The notes under the pieces are model-generated. The model saw nothing but the letters and a program-made list of their open reading frames with translations, was not told the origin of the DNA and searched no databases. A program made the translations under genes and the position numbers. A stretch of DNA of 63,786 bases, counting the filler, from Octopus bimaculoides (Eukaryota): the NCBI RefSeq assembly GCF_001194135.2. It is 7 parts of 6 records of this genome, joined end to end, with 100 filler letters (N's around TTAATTAATTAA, not from the genome) between each part and the next. Parts side by side here need not be neighbours in the genome. Positions count along the whole stretch, not along the records: positions 1 to 15,206 come from NC_068981.1; 6 more parts are not named here. One strand, given 5' to 3'. This document shows, piece by piece, positions 1 through 11,360 of the stretch (the stretch's first letter is position 1; every line of letters starts with the position of its first letter).

Positions 1-8
1 CACACAAT

Positions 9-590
9 ATGAGGCTTTTGCATCCAATAGAGAGTTCAAACAGTAATAACATTGAGCCAAACATTATTAACCCTTACCAAAATAAAAATAATAACACTAA
101 TAATAATAATATGGGGAACAATAATAATAACACGACACATAATAGTAATAGTCACAACAACAAAATCATTATTTTAGAAGTCAATAGCAAAAGAATTAGT
201 TTTTTAAGTGAAAATGCGAAACTCAAAAACACTATCTACCAATGCCAAGTTAGTACTCCCCAAAATACTCACTTTTATGTAGGTTCTTCCTCTACACCAT
301 TATCCACTAGAATTTCTAACCATTTTTCATCCTTTAGAGATAGAAACAAACGTAATTCCACGAGCCTTAGTAAACTAATTTGGGATCTTAAAGATAATAA
401 CATAAATTTAAACTAGACTGGCTTATTCTTTCTATTTCTAAGCCATATGAAAAGGGTGGAAAATTCTGCAATATTTGTGTTACAGAACTCCTCTTCATTT
501 TATTTTCAAAGAATAATCTGGTAAATACTTTCATAGAACATTCTTAGAGATGTAAACACTGGCAAAAACATACATTTTCTGCATTCAAAT
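9..590 (+). mobile_element. Penelope-like element, GIY-YIG endonuclease 3' fragment (frameshifted)
   Basis: ORF 9-416 reads IYQCQV...FYVGSS...RISNH...STSLSKLIWDLK (GIY-YIG motif). After a frameshift it continues WLILSISKPYEKGGKFCNICVTELLFI...RCKH, a typical PLE C-terminus. Confidence 0.85.
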
Positions 591-1099
591 AACAGTAAAT
601 TTTTTTAAACGTTATCATATTTACCCGTAATAAGTAAATTCTTCAAATAGTTCTAATAAAACATACTATTATTCCTTCAAACGTTAGAAGATTAAAATTA
701 TTTACGATTCAAATTATTTATCTAAACTTTCGTAATTTATTAACCTAAACTAGAGCATATTTTAAATATTGATAAACTCTTGTAACAACCAAAACATAAA
801 AATTTATGTACGTTTGAATATACCGGTATGGGCTTTTTTTTAATATATACGCGTGTATCTGAGGGAAAAAATGTGTATGTGTGTGTCTGTGTATACATAT
901 TCAGGGTTTTGTATAAACTAGAGGTGTTTCTATAGACTTCTTTGTGTACATATACGCATTATCATTTATATTTTTACTTTTACCCTTATGTTTATTCTTA
1001 TTAATATTATTAAAAAAAATATATATCAATATGCATTTACGTATGATTTTTGGATGTATGTACATTTTCGTGTAAAGATGTATTTATTTACACATAGGT

Positions 1100-1317
1100 T
1101 TATTCAAATATTCATATATGAGTGTACTTGTGAATAAGTATGGGAGTATATTTGTGTAGATGTATTTTTTATATATAAAAAATACATGTCCATATTTAGA
1201 TGTATGTGTGTGTGTAAATATACATGTGTGTATATGATTGTGTATACAAGATTATGTGAGTGTGTATGTCCACATGTGTATGTATGTATGTATATGTATA
1301 TATATGTGTGTGTCTGT

Positions 1318-1381
<64 letters not shown>

Positions 1382-1948
1382 ATATATATGGATATGTGTG
1401 CGTGTGAGTGTATCTGTGTGTATGTATGTACATATGTATACTTGTGTGTATGTATGTACATATGTATACTTGTGTGAGTGTGTGTACGTATGTTTGTAGG
1501 TATATATGTGTGTATATGTGTACATATCTATGTATATGTATGTATATATAATTGTGTATGTATTTGTATAAATCCATATGTATGCGTGTATGTGTGTTTG
1601 TGTGTATATATATGTATGTGTGTGTGTGTGTATGTGTATATGTGTGTATATGTATATACATATATACATAGATTCCACTGAAATTAGATAAATAACCTTC
1701 GAACAGATAGTCAGCAGCGCCGCCTGGCTGGAGCTTGGCTGCTCTGCATTGACAAGGGGCAACACCCTGAAACTAGTCTGCAGATGCCAAACCAGCAACC
1801 GGAAACTGCTGACCTCCCCTGTTCGAAGGTTATAAAGGACACAGGTTTCGTGTGTCACATAGCTAGCTAGAGGCGATGGCTTCTTGGAGCTAATTCACGG
1901 CAGCTTTCGTCCTAATTTTGGGACTGCCATGTTGGCTTGACGATAACC

Positions 1949-1979
<31 letters not shown>

Positions 1980-2271
1980 TATGTATATATATGTATGTGT
2001 ATGTATGTATATATGAGAACACTCGAATTCTTTTTCTTTTTTATATATATGTATTTGTATGTATGTATGTATGTGCATGCGTGTGTTTACGTATGTGTTT
2101 GTATACATGTATGTATATGTATATGCGTATCTGTTTATTTGGTTATAGGCGTAGATGTATATGTATGTGTATGTGTATGTNNNNNNNNNNNNNNNNNNNN
2201 NNNNNNNNNNNNNNGCATGTGTGTAGATGTGGACTTATGCGTGTAGATGTGTGTGTGTGTATGTATGTGTG

Positions 2272-2321
<50 letters not shown>

Positions 2322-2390
2322 CATACATATGTGTATATATGTGTGTATATGTATGTATGTTTATATGTGTATATGTATTTATGTATGCAT
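1100..2390. repeat. Compound (TA)/(TG)/(TATG) microsatellite field, interrupted by unique sequence at about 1670-1950
   Basis: Direct reading; source of the spurious H/T/Y/I/V/C-rich ORFs. Confidence 0.95.
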
Positions 2391-2457
2391 AGCGTCCAAT
2401 TCTCTAACGGTTTTTTTTCAAATGAATCACGTCATAACCTTATCCATCTATTGTTTT

Positions 2458-2561
2458 CATACTCGGCTTTCCCTGATGAGAAGGTTACAATTTTAATATC
2501 ACAGATCCCTATGGATCACATTGGTTGTAATCCTTTGAAACATATGTAGGAATAAAGTATG
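2458..2561 (+). ncRNA. Type I hammerhead ribozyme motif (PLE/retrozyme-like)
   Basis: CTGATGA at 2473-2479 and GAAA at 2537-2540. Palindromic stem III ACATATGT ends in the GTA triplet at 2546-2548. Stem I is TTCC/GGAA plus CATACT/AGTATG. Stem II is AAGG/CCTT, TTACAA/TTGTAA and GATCC/GGATC. Confidence 0.8.
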
Positions 2562-2597
2562 CAATTATAACATGCGTTTTCTCCATTCCTTAAATTT

Positions 2598-2620
<23 letters not shown>

Positions 2621-2629
<9 letters not shown>

Positions 2630-3650
2630 GCATTTATGGGTACAGGACGTCACCAACGGTGCAAATAACATGAAATACGTAAACAAACGAGTTAAATACA
2701 CAAGCAGCGAGAGACAAAATGGAAAACAGGACAAATAAACACGGAGAAAGGACGTTTCTTCAGTTGTCGGCTGTCTATCTACTCTTAATTTCGAGCATTC
2801 AACGACAATATCAGTCTTCAAAGACAGTTGCTGCCATAAATTCTAAAATAAAATTCAGGATTTATGGAGGGTCAAAGTTGAGAACGAAAACTGGAGAGTG
2901 GAGACATACAAGAAGACCGAACGAAAACAAACACACACACACATGCACGCATATGTATACATATATATAATTTATTATTATTATTTAATTGAACGAGACG
3001 AATCTATTTCTAAATAAGTTTAACTTAATCTTTTAGATGCGACTCTACCCTATACTATTTTCTTCCTCCATCTTTCTCTAATTTCCTTTTTCTCCCCTCC
3101 CTCGCTCACCGTTTTCTATCTGTCTCTCTCTCCTCTTTCTCTTTTTCTCTCTCTCGTTGCTCACACGTGACCATCGTTCATCTTTCTTTTCCACACGTGA
3201 CCATCATTCTTTTCCTGCACAGACGTTCAAAAGACTGGACGTGTTTTTTCTCTCTCTTCTCTCTTTTCTCTTTTCAAATAAGATATTTCTCCCAGCGTTC
3301 GCTATTTTCCTCTCGTTCTGGTCTAACGACCCACCATGTTTGTTTACGTTTGGTTTCCTTGTATGTTTCCACTGTCCTGTTTTTGTTCCCAACTTTGACC
3401 CTCCATACATCCTAAATTTTATTTTAGAATTTATGGGAGCAACTGTCTTTGAAGACTGATATTGTCGCTGAATGCTCGAAATGAGGAGTAGATAGACAGC
3501 CGACAACTGATGAAGGGTCATTTCTCTGTGTTTACTTGTCCTGTTTTCCATTTCTTTTCTCTCGTTGTTTACGTTTTTAACTCGTTTGTTTACGTATTTC
3601 ATGTTATTTGCACCGTTGGTGACGTCCTGTATCCATATATGCATATATAT
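2621..3650. repeat. Diverged inverted repeat pair (about 310 bp arms, 2621-2932 and 3336-3650) around a pyrimidine-rich spacer
   Basis: GGTACAGGACGTCACCAACGGTGCAAATAACATGAAATACG on the left matches CGTATTTCATGTTATTTGCACCGTTGGTGACGTCCTGTATCC on the right in reverse complement; the match continues along both arms. Confidence 0.9.
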
Positions 3651-4245
3651 ATATATANNNNNNNNNNATATATATGAACATACACACGCATGCACACACA
3701 CACACACGTATGTATCATAAATCACAGATTTTGTGTTTTATAAAATCCATTCATATAAATGAATTATGTATCAAACTGTAGACATTTTTAAGAATGCAAG
3801 TAATTAAAAACGCATGACAACAGTGTAAATATTTTCACAACTAGCGACATTTGTTGCTCATACACAAGTCTCTAATTGTCGTATTAGGAGAAAAATTTAC
3901 TAGAGCGAATTTTATTACCTTCATAAACGTATAAGAGGAACGGATAAGTACTACCAAAATAACTTGATCAACTTGTCTAGAAGTGATCAAGAAATAATAT
4001 TTGCAGTTCAATAGTGTACTAATTTGGTTTGCTGTTAGATCATTTCCTCACAGAAAAAAAAACAATATATTTTATAATTTTGAACTGTTTATACCACCAA
4101 TGTACTGAGGTGAATCATCATTAACTTGTTTGGATCTTACTAACAGTTTACTTCCTCGGCATTATAGAGCACCCCCAACCCGATGACCAACAAATTTAAG
4201 GAAATAGAAAAGCACGTAAACAATAAATCCTGTAATGCATAATTA

Positions 4246-5604
4246 CAGTGCGGAGCATACAGATCTCCCGCATTTTTGAACCTATATAAAAGGAGAACAC
4301 AACTGTCAAGAAAAAACTGATTATATTTCTAGAAAGTACGTAAAATGTAGTTTTGTTTTAATGGATTTTAACAATTATTTAACACAAATGGCGGCCGTTG
4401 CTGACAATACATTGATGGAGTCGTTCCCAGAAGTTCTCCGTGACTCTCCGTGTCATCTCAGGTGCAATTACGTCGATTTCCTCTCTGATAATTTCCTTCA
4501 AATCCTCAAGAGTTCGAAGACGATGTCAGAAAACCTTTTATTTCAGGTATCCCGCTAGGTAAAAGTCACAAGGGCTTAAATGTGATGATCATGCCGTCTC
4601 CCCTTAAAGAGATCAAACGCCCAGGAAGCCTTTCCCTCAACACTCCGAGAGAACGTCGTGGTGTGTGAACTGTGGCCCGGTCCTGTTGAAACCACACATA
4701 TTCTGTATCCAAATCATCCAGTTTGGGGCGCAGAAAGGCCTCCAACATTCTAATGTACCGGCCGGAGGTAACTGATACTGTTGCACCACATTCTTCAAAA
4801 ACATACGGGCCAATCACACCGAAGTTGGCAACTGCACACCAAACAGCTATGAAAAGAGAGTGAAGCGGTCATTGGTGGAGGATTATATTCAGCCTAGTAG
4901 CGAAAATTCTGTTTGTTTACGGCTCCATTGATCTGGAAATGAGTCGCATCGATACTCAGAATAACAGCTGTAGCAGGAACTTGTGCAAGAATATTCACAC
5001 ACACAGCTCTGCGGTTGTTATGATCTGTCTGAGTTAATTATTGAACCAACATCATTTTCTAAGGATGCAGTTTCAAATCGGCTTGCAAAATCCTCCTCAA
5101 ACTTCGACTTGATATCACTAGTGCTATGCTATGCTTAAGAGCGGAACGCTTTGGTGATTGCTGAATAAATACTCTTACTGCTGCCACATTTTCCGGAGCT
5201 GTAACGGGACACACGCCTGCCAGGTGATTTTTTTTTCAGTGTGGATCCAGTTGCCTGAAGGTTAGAAATCCAAAGCAGAATCATTTTCTGATCTGGTATT
5301 TAGACCGAGAGCTAAGCGTCTTTGGAGCGCTCGCTGTGTCGCTATTACAGATCGGTTGTTTTCATAATATGCTTGAACAACAAAGTTACGATGTTCACCG
5401 GTCCAATTCATGATGGATTCTGAAAATGAGAGAAATTGTTGATAGAAAAAATGAACATGATAGAGAAATTGTTATAATAACTGATGAAGAACATAAAAAT
5501 GATAGAGTCTAGCCTACAGAATGAGAACTGCTCCACCTCTCTACTGCCACTACACCCCTCACACTGCTCGCTCTAAATGTAGAAGATCTTTATGCTCCAC
5601 CTTG
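4246..5604 (-). mobile_element. Degenerate Tc1/mariner transposon (rosa/DD41D-like), about 1.36 kb, with TIRs and TA flanks
   Basis: Minus-strand start MNWTGEHRNFVVQAYYENNRSVIATQR at 5411 and catalytic segment GPYVFEE...WFQQDRAT...GRLISLRGD. About 30-bp imperfect TIRs: TA-CAGTGCGGAGCATACAGATC versus TA-CAAGGTGGAGCATAAAGATC. Confidence 0.85.
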
Positions 5605-7359
5605 TATAATTTATCAAACTAAAAACCGTTTGCAGCACCCTGCTTAAAATTCCACCGTAAAATTCGTAATTGATAGCATATACAATGGAGTTATTTGATT
5701 TCAGTATATTACTGTAATATCTTAGTTATGATCATCAGATGATAGAAAATCATTTTTGATCACTCAATTTACGCAAGAATGAGGCTGTAACATTGGAAAT
5801 CTACCTTTTGTTCATAGCGATTCACCTTTTCCCTAATTGCCAGTTTTGTTTCTTTAAATCAAATTATTTGTAATGCTAATACACCAAGAAGGAAGGAATA
5901 AAATTCTCGGACACTAAAGTTTCATAATTATTGCACAAATATTCATTTAAGAAATGCAAAACGTCCAAGAAATCCATTTAATCTTTTTCTGGCTTGATTT
6001 TGTTCGCATACACATACCTTCAAAAAGAAACACTTTAATATATATACTTCGGAAAAAATGTATATTAATGTATACTTTAAGAACATTAACATAGTGACAT
6101 TAATATTCGAGATTATAGTGATGCACACATCACTATAATCTCAAAAAAAAAAAACACTCCGATATTTTATGTCTACACATAAGCCTCCATATTATTGACA
6201 TTAGTAGAACGACGTAGAACAGAAGATAAACTCTTATTTATAACTACTTCAGTATTTTTTATCATTAATATCTTTGGAAAGCCATGAACATCAAAATTTG
6301 CATCTAATTTTACGCCTTAAAATATCCGCTTTCATAATTACACGATAAAGGCCATAGGAAATCATTTCACTATCTTCAAATTCTAAACTAAGTATAAAAA
6401 TAAATATTCATTGTTTTATTCACGTGCATCCATATTCAGAACTATTTACACAGCAACTTCATGGGCTATGTTAAAACAAATCCCAAAGATTTCGTTTTTG
6501 CTTAATAACACAACATATTTACTGCAATATGTTTTGTTCTTACTTACCGAACTGCTAAAGCGGCCGTGCATGTTTTTTTTAATACCATCTAAAGAACAGT
6601 CGTGCAGAATGATTTGCCGGTGTAAAATTTTATTTTCTGCTTTCTTTCAAACATATGTCACATTTATCATTTCTCTGTCAGATTCCATTCATTGCCGAAT
6701 ATGTTCGACATTTTGAATGATCATGTTGTACAGTTTGTGTTATTACTCTGAGTGGATAAATAGAAAAGATATTTTAAAGGAAATTCATTAAAGTACACGT
6801 AATCTTCCACTGTTATTATAAGAGACAAATTATTATTATATATCATTATTGTTTGTCGTGCTAATGCGAGAAAATATAAACACTTGAAGGTAACAGGTTT
6901 TGCTACACTAACTGCAATAGACAGTCTATCATAAGAGGTCATTTTATGGTTGGTTGTGATAGCCACAAAGAATATAAAATAACTGGATGAAATAGGGCTA
7001 AAAACCGATAATACTATGAAAGGCTACTGTAACGGTGATAACTCCGATAACGATTAATGTAATAGCAATGATGATGACAGAAACTATAACAGCAGTAAAG
7101 AGTCACGAATTTCCTCCATGATAATCCGATTATTTACTGTTCCTTTATCATCCAATGTTCAATCGTTACAAACCTGGTACTGATTGACCAATTTCCTTGT
7201 CTTTAACAATATTATTTAGCTGTTCATGCTACTGTCGTTATAGATCCATAGCAGGTACTTTACTGCATCAATGATTGATGGCATATACAATGGAGTTATT
7301 TGATTTCAATATATTACTGTAATATCTTATTTATGATCATCAGATGTATTTAAGGGTCG

Positions 7360-7690
7360 CAGGCATGGCTGTATGTTTATGAAGTTCGCTCTACAATTAC
7401 GTGGTGTCAAGTTCAATCTCACTTTATGGCAATTGTACAAGTGTCTTCTAGCATAGCTGTTAGTTGACTAAAACCTGGCGAGTAAAACTTGGTTGACGGA
7501 AACTGTAGAAACTCGTCAGATAAACCATTCCTGCTCTTAAATCTAATCTGTCATTCGCTATAAAAGCCATACCCGGTCCTTGTGTGACTGTAACAGAGTA
7601 CTCTGTTGGAAGCATTCAAGTCTGGTCTCCACTTTAAAAATAAATTTCTCCCTCCTTCAACTAGTTATAAAGATCCTTAAAAAGAGAATG
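7360..7690 (+). mobile_element. Old diverged tRNA-derived SINE (family A)
   Basis: GGCATGGCTGT...AAGTGTCTTCTA...TTGGTTGACGGAAACTG, similar to the other family A copies in the window. Confidence 0.55.
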
Positions 7691-8510
7691 TGAGCCGCCT
7701 TTTCATCTCTTAGTCGTCAAAAAACGCACTGGTTATCAATTTTATCAATTTCAGTATTGCTAAATAATGAGTATCTGTCATATATAATGTGAGATGACTG
7801 ATCGTAATCACCTGATTTTTCTCAGACAAAAAGGGTTTTCCTCTTTGTTAAAAGAAATAATCATTTCCCGTCTGACCTCAATTCATGCCACTTAAATGAG
7901 TGTTTCTTTTTTGTTTTATTTTATGGCCCTGTTGGGACAGTACGAATGTCCGTTTTGAGGGGCTCTGAGATTGAAAAGAGAAGAAATTACTCTCTAATCG
8001 GCCTCAATAATTACAACAGAGTGGACACTGCTACAGGCATGCACATAAGTCCGGTGGTGGTTTTAAACAGGGTTACGTTTACCATTCTTAAACAGGAATA
8101 GTCTGCACGACATGCAGTTGCGTAACAAAATTTCATTCACAAAGCTTTAGTTGATATAAAACTTTGATAGAAGACACTTACGCAAACTGGTGCATTGATT
8201 GCACATTATTGGTGCAAATGTTGTTGTTGACAATGTTGACGTAGCTGTTGTTGCTTTGAATTGTGTGATTTAGAGCTCCAAGATTCTGAACCTTGTTTTT
8301 ATGGTTCAAATTCCATAGCAATTTTGTCAGGTCAAGAATCGAGTCTGCAGCCAACAATAGTACAGCTGAAAAATTGACTTTCTCATTCATCCAAAGTAAT
8401 CATCACTACCATCATTTTGACATTTACAATCTAAGTGTTTAATGAGGATAATGCATCACGCTGCTCTCTTGTGAAATGTCTAATTGAGTAGAGATATTTT
8501 TATGGTTCAG

Positions 8511-8594
8511 TGACGTGCCTCCAACAGGACTTCCAACACGTATGGAGGAAAAGAAGGATGAAAACATGGCTCATGGATTATCCTGGGATCACAG
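8511..8594 (+). CDS. Candidate internal coding exon of an unidentified host gene (84 nt, phase 2-2)
   Basis: Acceptor TTTTTATGGTTCAG and donor CAG|GTTTGT enclose the open frame DVPPTGLPTRMEEKKDENMAHGLSWDH in non-repetitive sequence. No homology recognised. Confidence 0.4.
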
Positions 8595-8761
8595 GTTTGT
8601 TCCGAAAGCTTACCAAAGAACCTATTTTCAGCTGTTTAGGTCATATATAGGGAGAGTATTCTTTCGTGCGTAAAAGTACTCATTTTGTTGCAGTGAATAT
8701 TGTTGGTATTCCTCTTGTTGTTGATATGTTGTTTAGCTTACAGGTAATGATAATAATAATA

Positions 8762-8978
8762 ATGGTTTCAAATTTTGGCGCAAGGGCAGCAGTTTTTGCG
8801 GAGGGGCTAAGTCAATTACTTCGACTCCAGTGCTCAACTGGTACTTATTTTATCAACACCGAAAAGATAAAGGTAAAATCGACCTTGATAGAATTTGAAC
8901 TCAGAATGAAAAGAACGGATGAAGTGCTGCCAAGCATTTTGCCCTGCGTGCTAACGATTCCGCCAGTTCGCTGTCTAA
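8762..8978 (-). mobile_element. tRNA-derived SINE (family B)
   Basis: Minus strand shows A-box-like GGCGGAATCGTTAGCACG and B-box-like GAGTTCAAATT. It shares AAATAAGTACCA with the 12718-12838 copy. Confidence 0.75.
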
Positions 8979-9540
8979 TGATATAAATAATAATAACAAC
9001 AAAAACAATAATAAAGGTGGAAATCGCAACCATGACATTCTAAAGCTGGGCATATAAAGTTCAGTATATAAAGCTGGGTATATTTCATGAATTAAATCAA
9101 TAGATGTTCCTATAGATTAAAAAAAAAAGCATATCCCAAAGATGAAATGGCAGCAACAATAAAAACAACAAAAACCAAACTTTACTATCACAGACATTAT
9201 TAATCCATGTACGAACATCAATATCACTAAACTAAACGAAGAAAATATTTGCAGAAACCTCTACGGTTGGGAGTATTGAACCCAAAGAAATACGAAGGAA
9301 AACAAATATGAAGGAACGGAAAAAGTAACATGCCAACAAATATATAAACAAGAGCCCAGGAACGTACGAACACAGAAAATAGCACTTACTATATGCTGAA
9401 CATTTCTTACGAGAAGCAATTTTCGATATAATAAAAGCAACAAAAAAGTAAAAGTAACGCAGCACGTATCCAAGTCACTCGGTAGTGCCAGTAGAAAAAA
9501 CAAAACAAAAAAAAAACGCAATAAAACGAGACTTCTGAAT

Positions 9541-9554
9541 GACGATAATGATGG

Positions 9555-9624
<70 letters not shown>
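9541..9624 (+). repeat. (GAT)n trinucleotide repeat
   Basis: Direct reading. Confidence 0.95.
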
Positions 9625-9626
<2 letters not shown>

Positions 9627-10662
9627 CCTCTAACTTGGCACAAAACCAGTATTTGTTGTCAGAAGAATGGGTAAGGCAAAACAGAATCTGAAGCAAAACG
9701 ACTTTTGTTTTCGTTGTTATACCTTTCTAGACTAAAACATTTGCCTGGCACCAAGAAAGAGGTTATAGTGTATTGATTTATATTGGTTTCTGCTGGTACT
9801 TAAAGTAAAAATGATAGAGTAAAGAATGTAGGAGAAAATAATCACTTGTTTTTAATATTATTTGTAAAGTAAAATGAAGTGGATTGTAATGAGCATAATG
9901 TAAAATACTGGCAACTAGTTTATCGATACCAGTGGCAGGAAAATGTTGACGTCAACGAGCTCAGGATTCAGAACCGAGCAGAATAAAAAAAAAAGAAAAG
10001 AACCAATGAAGAAATCTAATTTAGTCTATCTTCAACCATCTCAGCTATATTCAAAACGGAGGCTAACTACACTCAGACATCATCATCAACAACAACGACG
10101 ACGACGATGACATCAGCATTTAGAAGTGAAGCATGTAATAAACAATGCTAGCATTAGTTTCATATGACATTAAAAGCTTCTGAAACTATCAATCATATAT
10201 TACTGAGGCGACCGGGCGGATCCTAGCTTCTAACAGCTTATTTATTTGAAGTATTCTATTGTTGTTGTTTGCGGTGGCGGTGGTGGTACTGGTGTTTGTT
10301 TGTTATTATAGTTGCTGGCGGTTAGTGTTTCAATGACTTTTTTAAACTAACAATGTAATTCAGTATCGGTCACAGGGCTATAGGATAATAAACTACAGTA
10401 TTAATTATTGAATAGCACACATACATAAAGCTGAAATTCATTTAGATAGTGTTTAAAAACATTTGTTAGAGATCGGAGGATCGTGTAATCCAATGTCTTT
10501 TCAACGACACTAAACAACATTTTATATACTTTATATATTATATTTTATAAACATTTTATGTTTAAAGTCTTTAAAATAGCCGAAATGCATTAACCATGAC
10601 ATCTTATTCTCCTCTTCACTTTGTTTTTCTTTTTCTTTGGCTTGATAATAAACGTATTTGAG

Positions 10663-10779
10663 AGAATCAGAACAAGTGGTGAATCCAAACAAACAAAGAA
10701 TTGTCACTTTCTTTCCTATCACCAAATCTATGCTGCGTCCATGCTCAAAACATGCACCATTAAGTTTACCCAGTCGTAG
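10663..10779 (+). CDS. Candidate coding exon (117 nt, phase 2-2)
   Basis: Uses the first AG after the long pyrimidine tract at about 10600-10640 and the donor AG|GTAGGT. Frame ESEQVVNPNKQRIVTFFPITKSMLRPCSKHAPLSLPSR is compatible with 8511-8594. The GAG acceptor is weak. Confidence 0.3.
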   Translation, partial: RIRTSGESKQTKNCHFLSYHQIYAASMLKTCTIKFTQS

Positions 10780-11174
10780 GTAGGTGCTATAAAGTAGTAT
10801 AGATCACCATTTTAATCATTCTGATTTCCCAGAAGAAATTTCATGAAGTAGATTATCTATAATCAATAGGTTATAAGGATGGTCACTATTAAATGTCCAT
10901 ATTTTGTTTCTGGATAATAATGTATAATCTTTAAAGAAAACTTCTATCATATTATTTTCTACTGATATTACTGTTACAAATTTATTTCTTTTTATTGCAT
11001 GGTTGCTGGTAAAAGTAACCATGCAATCAAACAAAATTATGATTTTGTGTGATTCGTTTCGATGATAATTTAGGTTACTCAACAAAAAGATATTCCCCAA
11101 AAATATCTCTGAAAAAGATTTTCATAACAAATATGTAAATTTATTAGAGAGAGAGAGAAAGAGAGAGCGGGAAA

Positions 11175-11215
<41 letters not shown>

Positions 11216-11360
11216 AGAGGGGGGAGGGCAGGCTTCGTTACCTTCCTAAGCCATATACTGTGTAAGTGCACTGAATTTCTTTCGGCTGGATTGCAGTGCT
11301 TATTCTTACTGTAATAGAGAACATGTCTATTTTAATAAATATTGCTATTTGTATTTTTAG

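Noticed and set aside
1104-2549. Long His/Thr/Tyr/Ile- or Cys/Val/Met-rich ORFs here and throughout the window, including ORFs spanning N blocks
   Set aside because: Translations of (TA)/(TG)/(TATG) microsatellites and gaps, which lack stops by composition.
5700-5745. Minus-strand CTGATGA...GAAA inside the 66-bp duplication
   Set aside because: No stem I and an unpaired stem II base; chance match.
7946-8101. 51-aa ORF MSVLRGSEIEKRRNYSLIG...
   Set aside because: No recognisable homology and no phase-compatible donor to link it to 8511.
9407-9696. Poly-His and poly-Ile ORFs on the minus and plus strands
   Set aside because: Alternative readings of the (GAT)n repeat.
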